A stretch of 61,873 nt of DNA, counting the filler, from Sphacelaria rigidula (lineage: Eukaryota), in assembly GCA_964200075.2 (NCBI GenBank). It is 4 parts of 4 records of this genome, joined end to end, with 100 filler letters (N's around TTAATTAATTAA, not from the genome) between each part and the next. Parts side by side here need not be neighbours in the genome. Positions count along the whole stretch, not along the records: positions 1 to 15,401 come from CAXNAA020001768.1; positions 15,502 to 30,894 come from CAXNAA020001769.1; positions 30,995 to 46,385 come from CAXNAA020001770.1; 1 more part is not named here. One strand, given 5' to 3'. Of the stretch, positions 13,401 through 32,650 are shown piece after piece. The notes under the pieces are model-generated. The model searched no databases, was not told where the DNA came from, and saw only the letters and a program-made list of their open reading frames with translations. The translations under genes and the position numbers were made by a program. Positions within the stretch are counted from its first letter, which is position 1. Every line of letters starts with the position of its first letter.

Positions 13401-15401
13401 CGAACTGCTCAAAATAGTGACCGAAAAACCGGTTATTTATTTTCCGGATTGGGATGCGGTACAAGACGGCTCACGTCTTTCCCAGCGACACACCGATGCT
13501 AGCACAGATGGGGTCGGCACCGTTTTGAATCAACCCCAACTGGATGACTCTGTCCGACCTATTTTGTACATCAGCCGCGCAACCCTCCCAAACGAGGCAA
13601 ACTGGAGTCCACTCGAACTCGAAGGCGGAGTCATAACTTGGGCTATTAAACAACTTTGACAGTACTTGTTCCACGTGCCTTTCCACATCTATATAGATCA
13701 CGGAGCTCTTGAACAACTCACTAAGGTTGGAGAACATAACCCCCGCGTACAACGGTGGCTGGAGTTCTTGACTGCCTACCAGTACACTGTTAAACACCGT
13801 CCGGGCAAAACCAACGGCAATGCTGACCTTCTTTCGCGATTGCCTCTACCTTCTACAGCGGTAGATTTCAGTCCCGCTTGCCGCTTGCCTGAACGTGACG
13901 AACCAGGCGTCTACCCTATTCGGCGCCTTTCTACGCCCATCTACGCGCTCGACCTGCAATGCCCCGAAACAGGTCTTCACATGGGTGGCCCCTGCCCTCT
14001 GCCCCCTGATACAGTTTTGGATGGCTTAGCGCCCACGGCTGCTGATTTTGCCGATTTCCGCACTTTCGGCCCTCGCGCGAATATCTCGGCGCCGCCACCA
14101 CCAGCTGTTCACCTCATCCCCGACAACACGCGCTCTCGATCGGCAGCTCGTGCAAATTCTTCGCGGGCTGTGATGCCACCACCGTCGCCGGCCGCTCATA
14201 GCAATGCGTCGCCGCCGCTGCCTCGTGCCCCCACGGGCCGTACCCCGCCTCCAACAACCGGCCGCGTGCCCAGTGTTGTACCAACACCGCCCGCGCCCCT
14301 TGTGCGCCCCACGCGTCGATCGCGTTCACCAGTTCGCGCTACAACCATGCCGCCTTCTTGGAATCTCCCAGCACCTGCGCCTCTGACTCGTGATACACAT
14401 GCGTCAGAACCGTTCGCGGGTCAACACATTAACGTCGGCATACCTGCTTCTTCGCCTGTGCTACCCCATCCTGAGCGCCTGGTTGGCTCTCCGGCTGAAG
14501 GCCAACTTCGGGAATTTCTCGCTGGCTACTCTCACCGCGATTGGGCTCGCGACCAACAACAGGAACCGCTCTGTCGTGCGACAATGCGGTACTTGCGGCT
14601 TAACTGCCCCACCCCTTTCCCGGCCGAGATCCTGACCCCCGTAGGCACTCTACCCGCCCCCGCCGCCTCTGATGTGCTCGAGCTGGCACGCAAAGGTACC
14701 GTCTTCACGACTGACGAGGACATTCATCTGCTTGTTCGCGGATGCAAATCCCATTTGGGCACGGCTGCCGCAGTAACAACTGCCACTTCGACACATATGC
14801 GTCATGACGCCCAAATTTGCATCTACGTCCCTATCATGATGCGTCCGTGGGTCATGAAAGGCTGTCACTCTGATTTGCCCTGCCACTTAGGCGTCACGCG
14901 CACGTTAGCGCTCCTTCAACGTTTTTATTGGTGGATTGGCATGGAAGCATCCACGCGTTTTTGGGTCCGACGATGTTTCAAATGTCAGGGTCGCAAAACC
15001 TCTCGACAGACTGTGCGATGGGCGGTGATTTCCATGGAGCTTCCAAGTGCTCCTGGTCACTCCGTATCGTTCGACTACTCCGGCCCTTTACTCCCAACTG
15101 ACCGTGATAATGCCTACATTCTACTCTTCACCGACCGCTTCAGCCTTCACGCAGCTATGTATGCTGTTACTGCTAGCGTTCTCACTACTGCCGGCACCGC
15201 GGACATTCTCGTCCATGACTACATTAAACACTACGGCTGCCCGAAACGGCTCGTCTTCGACAATGGTCAACAATTCTGCTCCGAACTCTCGGATGCTTTG
15301 TACAAGCTCCTCGGAGTCATCCTACGATAGGGGGGGGGGGGTATTTGGTTGCACGAAAAAATAGGCTCGTAAGTGTGTCAGACACCCTTCCACACTTGCG
15401 T
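10410..15401 (+). mobile_element. pol: Right, 5'-truncated copy of the same Ty3/Gypsy element (gag/pol junction to putative LTR start)
   Basis: 10410-10528 is a diverged inverted copy of 4463-4584, 10529-10939 is absent from the left copy, and 10940-15401 is near-identical to 1-4462. ORFs 11777-12559, 12544-13659 and 13666-15330. Confidence 0.93.
15325..15401 (+). other. Putative polypurine tract (GATAG plus G-run) and first 60 bp of a 3' LTR; mirrored at 1-77
   Basis: A 12-G run at 15330-15341 follows the truncated integrase, then TATTTGGTTGCACG... No upstream LTR copy is available to confirm it. Confidence 0.45.
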
Positions 15402-15501
15402 NNNNNNNNNNNNNNNNNNNNNNNNNNNNNNNNNNNNNNNNNNNNTTAATTAATTAANNNNNNNNNNNNNNNNNNNNNNNNNNNNNNNNNNNNNNNNNNN
15501 N
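15402..15501. other. Artificial 100-bp contig spacer (N plus TTAATTAATTAA six-frame stop linker)
   Basis: The same linker occurs in all three 100-bp gaps and contig lengths decrease monotonically. Confidence 0.97.
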
Positions 15502-15625
15502 TTGCACAACGGGCAATGACTCGAGTGCTCGCCCTATTCGTTTTTTGCACAACGAGCAATGACTCGAGTGCATATTATTATTATAATTGATTATCATCAT
15601 TATCATTATCATTATCATCATCATT
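15502..15625. repeat. 43-bp-period tandem repeat (TTGCACAACGRGCAATGACTCGAGTGC x2) followed by (ATT/ATC)n microsatellite
   Basis: Copies start at 15502 and 15545; the microsatellite spans 15572-15625. Confidence 0.85.
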
Positions 15626-15631
15626 TCCAAC

Positions 15632-15860
15632 TACTGTACGTCAATACACGTACACCACCTCGAAAAGAAAAACGGTGGGAGTCACGAGTTCGGAACAAAT
15701 TCCTCCGATTTTCCGGAAAACGTTCGAAGATCGTGACTTCCCGAGTTTTTCGCATCCGATTTGGGCCAAATCGGTGTACATAAAATGCCTTCCCCGATTT
15801 ATTTCTCCCAATGCTCTAAAAAATCGAGATTGGTGACTGCCACAAAAGATGGCCCTATAA
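15632..15860 (+). repeat. Interspersed repeat end shared with 47590-47770
   Basis: Both begin TACTGTACGTCAAT and share GATCGTGACT..CCGA and CATAAAATGCCTTCCCCGATTT...AAAAATCGAG. Confidence 0.75.
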
Positions 15861-16396
15861 GTATCAACTAGCGAATAGGCCGTTTAGTAACCGGGTCGGT
15901 GGAAATTCGGAACAGTATTTTGCGGCCCTACTTGCCGAATCACGTCTGGTGTTCGTGTTTTGGAATTTTGTGTGAGACCTTGCCCGGGCATAATGATTGG
16001 AAAAAATGAGTCAGGTTTGTGTCTACTCTTTCTTTCAGTGGTTTTTTTTCACGAGAACGCCCGAACCTCTCCCAACAAATGAAGGCCCATTTTTCTCACC
16101 CAGCTTACCGCTGTAGTCCTCCACGCCAAGTTTTACATCACATTTCCAAAAATTGGGCTGAAAAGTCGAGATAAGGACCAAGAGCAATGTTTATTACTCC
16201 TCAAAACTCCCTTGAAAAAAATGAAAAAAAAACTAATTTTCTTCATTTTTTTCACTTATGCGCTAGAGGTTCTCCATACGAAATTTCATCGCACAACTCT
16301 CAGAAACTGAGACGTGATACGGGTACTCGTGAGATTATCCAGATTTCGTTCATTCAGTCCCTTTGCTCGCAACATATACTGATTTTAGTATAGGAC

Positions 16397-19395
16397 CTTA
16401 TGTGCGCCAGATCCCGAGATATGAAACGGATTGGGTGAAGGTGAGGGTAGCTGTCGTCTCCCGTGCTCCAGGGAATGTCCACACCAAAAATCATCATTTG
16501 CTGAACGCATCGTTCGGGTTTCATATAGATTTGAGGAATTACCATACATGGGGTTTCACTAACACGAAAAATTTTGGCTCAAACAGTTGACCAGATCGGC
16601 ACCTTCCCATTGACTCGACGATTAACACGACTTGCGCATCACGGCCCAACTCGTCTGTGTCGATGAGGTATGGCTGTGAGAGCTTGAATCTGTTTTTAGG
16701 CTGGCCCAGCTCGTGGTACAGCGTAGCTTTGTTCCCAAATGCATTCAACAGCATGCAGGAAGTAGCACAGACAGTACCATGTGCTATACAGTCCTGTCCG
16801 GGACAGGGGCATTAATTCATTAATTGCACTGAAAGCCGTGGGCAAAAGTAACTTCTCCCGTCAGGACAGCAGATGGTTCACTGATGTCGCCATCAAACGG
16901 GGATGTTCAAGACTGCTGTTGTTGTCCCCGGTCACCCACACAATGAACGGGACGAAGGACAGAGGGACAACAGCGAACACACTCGGCGACAGCATATAGT
17001 GGGTAAGAAAGTGAGCAAGTTACAGTCTGGGGTTTGTAATTTTATCATCCTCCAAAGAGATGTTTATTTGGGGTAGGGGGATTCGTGCGCGTTTTTCGAG
17101 CCGGAGCGATGGGCTTCATATTTCTGCTGTATGATCTCTCGTCATGCGCGCTCGCCAAGCCAATACCGGAACGGGGAGAGAGAACGGACACGAAAAATAA
17201 ATCTGTTAGATCCTCGAAACGACCGCAGATGGACACTCAACTCGGACAGACGATTTGATGATTTTCATGTGAAAACGATGCCGATTCACCAGATTGGGAA
17301 ACCTGGACGGACGGTCAAAAGGGCTAACCGTTTGAGCCCCCTCCGCACATGGGACACCGATATCTGAGTCCTTCTTCAAGTGAAAATGATGCCGGTTCAC
17401 TAGATATAAATATGCCGCAACTGGGAGACCTGCAAAGGGTGGATTTGCAGTTTTTGTTAGTGCAGACGTGGGGAACTCAGCCCCTGGTGCTCGACTGTCG
17501 TTTTGTGTCACTACAGGGAATAAGCCTCTAGTTGATATATCCATGTGTACCGTCAGTGCAGTAGCACCTAGGTAGTATTCCCCGCCCGCGAAGAAGTCGT
17601 GCTGCCGTAAATGTACTACCGCCGAGACCGGCAAATAACAGGGAGCGCGAAATAGCACGCTACCTGGTGTGCGTTATAGTGACAACTGTTGTGAATACGA
17701 GTAGGAAACTCCGAAGTGTAGGCAAAAAGAAAAGTGCGGTGTTGAAAATCATCATGAATCTGCCACATCATGGGCCCTTGGTTTACGGAGCTGTACTGAA
17801 CTACGCTGGAGAAGAGTAGTGCATGATACTAAGCCGGCCGACAGGCTTCTTCTTAGCATGGGCAACAACCTAATCCATTTCTCGCGTTGCAACTCAGAGC
17901 ACACGCACTCGTCTCACAAACTGCTGTAGTTCATGTGAAAATCTCCGTGACCCAGACGACAAAACCTGAAAGCTCCGCAAAGTCAGAAGTAAGATAATAT
18001 CCGTCCGCCGCTACTTTCAGCGTGCATGTTTTCTGAAGATGCCTTGTGCGAAAAAATTCTCGCCAAGGCTGTGCCACGAATACACTCGCCGAGTGGCAGG
18101 CATGAGATATAAACATCATCGAGTCAGGGGGGAGGGGGGAACGTAAACAGATATGTCTGACCGAGACAGCTGACCTGATCTCAGAAGAAAGCGGTCTATT
18201 CGGCCCTGCGGGCGCTTTGACTCGCGTTGCACTGTTCCGATAGAAAGCACCTGCATTCCCCCTGATGGTGTTGGGGACCATTGGGCCTGCACACCTTCAA
18301 CACCAACAACTACCTCACGTCGAAAGGAACACGACGGTGCTGAACAACGAGAACAAGCAACCGAAGACTTTTCTGCGTTCTCACCTCACGCTCGTTACTA
18401 GGCTCCGTGCTTGTGAGATTTGATATTTGCTGCAGCACATCGGAGCCATCCAGAACCTAACGAACGTAACAACACGGAAACGTCGCGGTGTTTGAGGCGA
18501 CGAGAAATGAGCAGAGGAGGGGATGTTTAGAATCCACCATCTAATCGCAGTATACAAAGGGAGAACACATGACGATAAATCAGTCTTCAAACATGCACCT
18601 CCAATCGCGAACGAAACGTGCAGAAGGGAAACACCATCACCACTACGCCGCCACACTTGCCTCATTTTGCGATCGACTGCTGTCGTTTTGTGAGCTCCGA
18701 CGCATGGTTCGAGGACTAGCTTCACTACCCCCATTGCCATCATAGCGCGACTGCTGAAGCTGATCCCCATGTCGTTGCTGTTGTGACGGTATAGAAAGTC
18801 CAGGAGGCTTCGACACACTGCTGCTGCTACTGGTGTCGCCTGCACGCCAAGACACAGCCGTGGTATCCTCCATGACCTTCTCCGCCCCCAACACGCTTCC
18901 CCCGCCATGTTGTTGCTGTGGTTGCTGCTGCTGAACTTGCTGCCATGTGCGCCGTGGGGGCTCGGGTTTAGCCTGGCGGAACAGTCTGTGGGATGCAGAT
19001 GATACCGTGTACGTTGACGGTCGAGTTGCTGTTCCTCCCCTAGACCCATGGCCCGTCGTCGCCACCGCCGGCTGCGACTGCTGCTCTTCCTCACCAGAGG
19101 AGGTAGAAGGCCTTCGATCAGAAATGCCCATGAGACTTACGGAACCTCGACGCGTCGCCGGCTGCAGCTGCTGCGGTTGCTGCAGCTCATCTACGTGCGT
19201 GGTGTTGGTGTTGGTATTCGTGTTGTTGGTGCTGGTGTTGGAGGTTGGCATAGATGATGTCCCACTCAAAGCGATGTCGTCCAGAGCGAGTTGCAGACTT
19301 TGGAGGCTGAGAGTATCATCGTATTGCTGCGGTCCCGGTACGTGAAACCCCCCCTGAAAAGACGCAGCAGGCTGCATGCTACCCAGGGTAACCAT
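16397..19395 (-). CDS. Multi-exon gene, 3'-incomplete; uncharacterised protein with S/Q/T-rich N-terminus and a globular domain containing HELGQP
   Basis: Phase-compatible exons 18661-19395 (GC donor), 18175-18286, 16632-16726 and 16397-16500 give ...RIDRFLLRSATLYHELGQPKNRFKLSQPYLIDTDELGRDAQQMMIFGVDIPW... The start codon is inferred. Confidence 0.6.
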
Positions 19396-21295
19396 GCTGG
19401 ATCTGCGGCTGTAGCGGTGTTGCTGTTTTGGATGACTTGACTCAGGACTCTCCTTTGAGAAGGCACGTCCGTGAGTGACCCAACAAACTGCCAAATCAAC
19501 TATCTCAGCCCAGTGCTTTGCGTCCTGGCCAAACAGCCTTCCTGGCTGCTAGGCTCGTTACGATTGTCGTGCTGCGGGTTCGCCACTGAGTATAGACCGA
19601 CCTGAAGCTGAAAGCGCATACACCCGTCACGGCCCTGCGCCAGTACCTTCGTGAGTGCACCGCGTTTCTCAGTACATACACCGCATAAAGCAGACACAAT
19701 GGGGCACCCTATACACGGCCGGTATGTTTCGTTACTTCGCAACAGTACAGACAGTACGGTAGTACGGTTGTTGTGGCGTAAGTGGTCTTCTGTACGGTTG
19801 TATCAGTTGGTATGTGGTCTGGTGAGCTGAAAAGTGACAACAGTATGTACAGTACAGTACAGTGCAGTACTGTATAGTACTGTAAATATAAGTATTCCAT
19901 CTGTTCGGGCACAATAGTCTTGCCGTGCATCTCCAACAAAAAAAAGGAGATTTTTCCATGGTGACATCATTTCAACGCACTATATGACCCTGTTTTTTTT
20001 CTCGCCAAGACCATATCCTACAGGCCCGATCCCAACTCCCCGTTTTTTATGTAATGTTCCATGGTTCTCGTCCTTTGTTTCGTTGATTAGCTCGTTTCTT
20101 TCTTTACGGTAGTATTTGAGTATTTCCCCTTCTCTCTTTCTTCGCCTTGGTAGCCTCAGCGTATTCCTGCCATTTTGTTGGTTTTTTCGGACACCCTTTT
20201 TTTCTCATCCGAGTTTTTGTAGCGTATTTCTTCACCCTCGAACAGTTCGCCACTGCAGTGACGTACCTCTATTACAACTGGAGGGCAGATGTTCGTATGA
20301 ATCTTCCGTCCATCGCGGGTCTACCGACCAAGGCGAATTAGATGAGGGAGAAGAGTCAACAGCTACTCTTTTTCGCTTCGTACGTTCCCGGGAGGGGTGT
20401 TGCTCTTATGGTACGAGCAGGGTCAACTACGGGACTCGCCCACCTGATTGCACGAGCACGTGGAAGATGTATGCGTGATGTACAGGGTATTGCCCGCAAT
20501 AATTTTCCCGGAGAGAAGGACCGAAACAAACGTATCTACGTACATACCATATTTTTCAGAATATACCTGCCAGGGTTATCGATATTCCATGGACTTTTGC
20601 TGCCTATAATGGCTGGTGGATGATCGTAAATCCCAACACAGAACTTGAAGCACTGATCGTTGTTGCGCTGTGCGTTGGATTCACCCAAGAAAAGCTATAG
20701 CGTGTAGGTCCTGAATCAAACCCCACGCATAAACACCATGTTGTTACACATCCGGTACTAAAGCACAGATAAACATGCCGTAGAACCGTCCGGGGCAAAG
20801 GCATACATACTCGAAAAAATCCCATTAACCTGTACCTTTGGTCGGGAGTTGGTGTTGTTGCTGTTCGCTGGCCGTATTGCTCCGCATCTTGACGGCGGCA
20901 ATCCACTCCCACGCTGCTGCGCCACGAGGTTGGGGATTTGCAGAGGAGGAGGTGGTCGGGATACCGCCGAGGCCTCCAGTGCCCAAAAAACTTAGCTCGA
21001 TTTCCGCTCATGAACGCCGGCATCACATATTATTTGGCACATAACCATGAGGTTGGTCGGGTAGTATTGAACTCTGTTGCCCTACATTACAAGAGGCGTA
21101 TCCTTCAGCCAGTAGTACTTACAGTACAACACGGGTGCAGAAGCGTGGTGAGGGAAGCGTCCACCTGTTCACACCAACGAAACGCCCACATAACTACACA
21201 TCCTGGCATGTACTAGGGAAGGTATTTTCTCGTGAAGGATAGTATTGTATTGCTTCACTACTGCGCCGTAGGCCACACATCCCTACACTCCTCAT

Positions 21296-29127
<7,832 letters not shown>

Positions 29128-29959
29128 GGGAAACACCGGGGCACGGTGCCAAAAAAACGATGGTGATGACGCCGTTGCTGCTCATTTTCACATTTGGTTG
29201 GTTTCCGATACCATGCTCTCCACGATCGTTTTGCTCGTCCTCAAGTGCGGACGTTCTCTTCACTGCCCTGATCTCTTGCATTGACGTGTTGATACATGCT
29301 GTCCGAGAGGTGCAGAGATCCCGATATGAGCTGCTCAGCTGCGTGTCCACCAAGATCATGCGATGAGGCAATGCAAAACTTTCAAAGAGGGCCCAACTTC
29401 GTTCGCTAGGTTGCATCATTTGTGTCCCAGAGGGCGTGCTCTGGCTGTCTCCTTTTTTGGCTTGCGCCCAGTCAAAATTCTCTCGTCGCGGACACATGTT
29501 ACTTGCCTCAAGGGTGGAAGGTGAATGAATATGTCGTACTCGTATGGACATATTGAGAATGACGCGCAAACGAATCTTTCAGTTGCAAAGCATGCAAATT
29601 TTTATTGAGCGTATACAACAAAGTGTAGTGCTCTTAGCATTATTTTCGTAGCTCGTTTTATTAGGACGGTGAACGCAGCAGCCGGCCGGCGGACTTTTTG
29701 CCGTAGTTACGCCAACACATCACTATACCGGGAAAATAGATTATATGAACATAACCCGCAGCGGCGCGAAGTATACACCACATGAATGCATGTTGATTAT
29801 GTTCTCACGAAGCCATGATAGCGAAGCAGCTCTACCTACGGAGCCGTTGGTGGACATAAATGAGCTGAATGTATACAAAACCAAGTATCTGAAGTACAGA
29901 GCCAGACGATAACAAAACACCACACTGCGACCAAATGGCGGGAGCTCGATGCAGCGGGG

Positions 29960-30894
29960 GGGGGGGGGGGCGTACCCGTTTGTTGCTTGCCTTAGCGGTG
30001 TGACCATTGACCCCGAATCCCTTTCTGAGGGGGCCCCCCTTCNNNNNNNNNNCACGGATCCAATGGCGGGGGGGACGGTGCAGTGGGGGGGGGGGGCGTA
30101 CTCGTTTGTTGCTTGCCTTAGTCGTGTGACCATTGACCACGCATCCCTTTCGAGACGGAGCACCGTTCCTCCTCCTGTCAGGGACACCTCCAACATTCCA
30201 GCGCTCATTACGTTTCTTCCATACATTACACAAAAAAAACTCTTACATATCTTATCCCCGTCCTGTTTCGCCCTCTGCGGCCACCAGCTGTCTCCTAGTA
30301 TAGCCATCGTTTTCTCCCTACTGTCTAATGCATGAATCGATTTCATGCCACCTTCACTCACATCCCGCATTTCCCCGTCCAGCACGTCCCGTTTCTCCTT
30401 GTATAGTTCACATTCTGCCACTATATGACTTCTGCTCTCTATTGCTTAGCCACAGGGGCAATTCTGTCCATTTACTTCCCCGTCCTTTCGACTACTGGTA
30501 CATCTCTTTCTTCTTTTTGGCAGATCCACGTGCACCACCCGAAATCGCAGTTTCAGATTTTCGCAGCGTCCATTGGGCCATGAAAATATGCATTCATCAT
30601 CCCGATCCCTTCTCTCAACCGCCCGTATATTTCCAGGTGTTCTTCCTCGTCTACCTTGCGTCTGAGCGCTCTTTTTTCCGTTATTTCTATCATATCTCGA
30701 ACTTTTGTCTTGTACCACGTGCCTTCACCTATGGACAGTATTTCATCTTGGTTTCCTCCTATCCCCCTCCACACTTTCTCGACGTTTCTATCTCACCTTA
30801 CTCCAGCCTTCCCTTTCGTACTTTTAAGTGAATACATTCCCAACTCTGCTCTCAAAACTGTATTACTCGTCGCTTTCGAGCATCCAAGTATTTT
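29960..30894 (-). mobile_element. Non-LTR retrotransposon (LINE) 3' portion with C-terminal Cys/His motif and duplicated 3' terminus
   Basis: Frameshifted KLRFRV...CPCG*...SHIVAECELYKEKR (CCHC-like LINE C-terminal motif). The terminal unit ...GCAACAAACGRGTACGCCCCCC occurs twice. Confidence 0.75.
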
Positions 30895-30994
30895 NNNNNN
30901 NNNNNNNNNNNNNNNNNNNNNNNNNNNNNNNNNNNNNNTTAATTAATTAANNNNNNNNNNNNNNNNNNNNNNNNNNNNNNNNNNNNNNNNNNNN
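30895..30994. other. Artificial contig spacer
   Basis: 100 bp of N with the TTAATTAATTAA linker. Confidence 0.97.
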
Positions 30995-31860
30995 CAACCG
31001 ACGCCAACCCCATCGGGGGTCCACCCCTACAAAGCCAGGACGGAGCACGCCGGGTTCTCGCCGGACCAGGCTAAACATGTACCTGGGGGTGAACTTCAGG
31101 AAAACGAATGGGAAGATGACCAGGTCAAGCGTGTTCGGGGCTTTTCGCTCCAACAGCATTTCCTCGAGATGTGTCGATGTGGGACGGTGGCTCATTAGCC
31201 TAAACGATAGTTACGCCGGTACCATTCGTGCTTCGTGTTGGGGAGACGTTTACGACGCTCGTTAGCATCAAGCTGGACACCACAGTAGCCTACACCGTCG
31301 TTGTTTCTGCAGCCACGTCACCAAGCGGTGATGCCACAGACACGCGAGGTGCCGGGCCTTCTTGTACAGGGGAGATTGATTACTGAAAAGGACGACGACG
31401 ACGACGAGGTCCAGGAGGTCCAGGAGGTCCAGGAGGAGGAGGTCGATAAGGACAAGGACGAGGACGTCATAGTTGCCGAAAACTCGTGACGAGACGCTTA
31501 GCTTAAGGACGCCGACATTGGACATGTCGAAGATGAAGTGGATCCTTCTTCCTCTTCGAAGGAACAACACGAGGGGGGAGGGGACGAAGAACATGGGAAC
31601 GAGGGCGAGCATGGTGAGTGGACGGATTTGAGTGCGAGCAGCGACAGCAAGATATAGGACAGCAACACAGAAGATGGAGGTGAAGATTCGGATGCTACAG
31701 CCGGGGACCCAAGCCGGCGCGAAGGCAAGAAGCGTCTCCGACGTGGCAGCGGCCTGTCGGTGCTGGGGGTGCGGTGCCAGGTAGTGGGGGAGGCGCAGGA
31801 CCCCGAACGTGCTCCTGGTGGTTCACTCGTGAAGGATAGAGCGGTACACGGTACATTGTT
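30995..31860 (+). pseudogene. Decayed coding-like relic with Asp/Glu-rich tail, identity unknown
   Basis: Coding-like composition with stops in all frames; acidic tract EKDDDDDEVQEVQEVQEEEVDKDKDED. Confidence 0.3.
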
Positions 31861-32577
31861 GTGGTGACCACAACAACCGGAACACGCGCGGTGCGAGGTT
31901 TTCGAGTCATTTATCTTCAGTTGACTCCACTGTATTCTTGTTTTTTTGGGCATGTACTCGGCCGCTACTTGCTCGTGGTGTGATGGTGCTCGGAGCCGAA
32001 AAACGGTGATGTGTCTGGGTGCATCGGGGTTATATCGCTCCTGAGCCGTTCGTTCATGGGCTCCACAGCAAAACAGAAATCAAGTGCCATCGCACGTGAA
32101 GACAGGGCCCGCGCAAGCACCCGGGCTGTTTCCTGCCGACGCAGGTGTCAGCCAATAGAAGGTGGCGTTGGGGTGCTTGCATATGTCGATGTCGATGAAG
32201 AGGGGCGATAAAGGTGACGTTTTGGCTCCCAGTGTTGGGAGCTGAGTGTTCATGAGGAGAGGATAAAAGGTGCCGTATTGGCCATGTTGGTGCCTTGTAT
32301 CACAGTGGATAGTGAATGATATTGCATATTGCAACCCAGTGAAAAAGGTACCGTCCGGGTAGCTCGTATCCGGTAATGGAAGCAGAGGGTGCATGGCATG
32401 GTATCACGCAAGCGGGGGAAAAAAAACTAATTTCCTGTTCCACTGTGAATCTGGAATGTTGATAATGCTCTCTTGCTGCTCTGTACTGGCAGCTGCCTAC
32501 ATTCTTCCGATATTGCGAACTTATGGAACGATTAGTTATGACAAAGGTCAAAGATTCCCTCCAGTGAGTTACTTCAC

Positions 32578-32650
32578 GCCGCCGCCAGCCGTGGCTGGAT
32601 GGGAAGGGGAGGAGTGGCAGCCTCTGCCATTGCTGCGTCCTGCAGTAGTA
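32578..32650 (-). repeat. Short interspersed repeat; inverted partner at 42560-42627
   Basis: Shared GGCAGAGGCTGCCACTCCT...TCCAGCCACGGCTGG. Confidence 0.75.
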
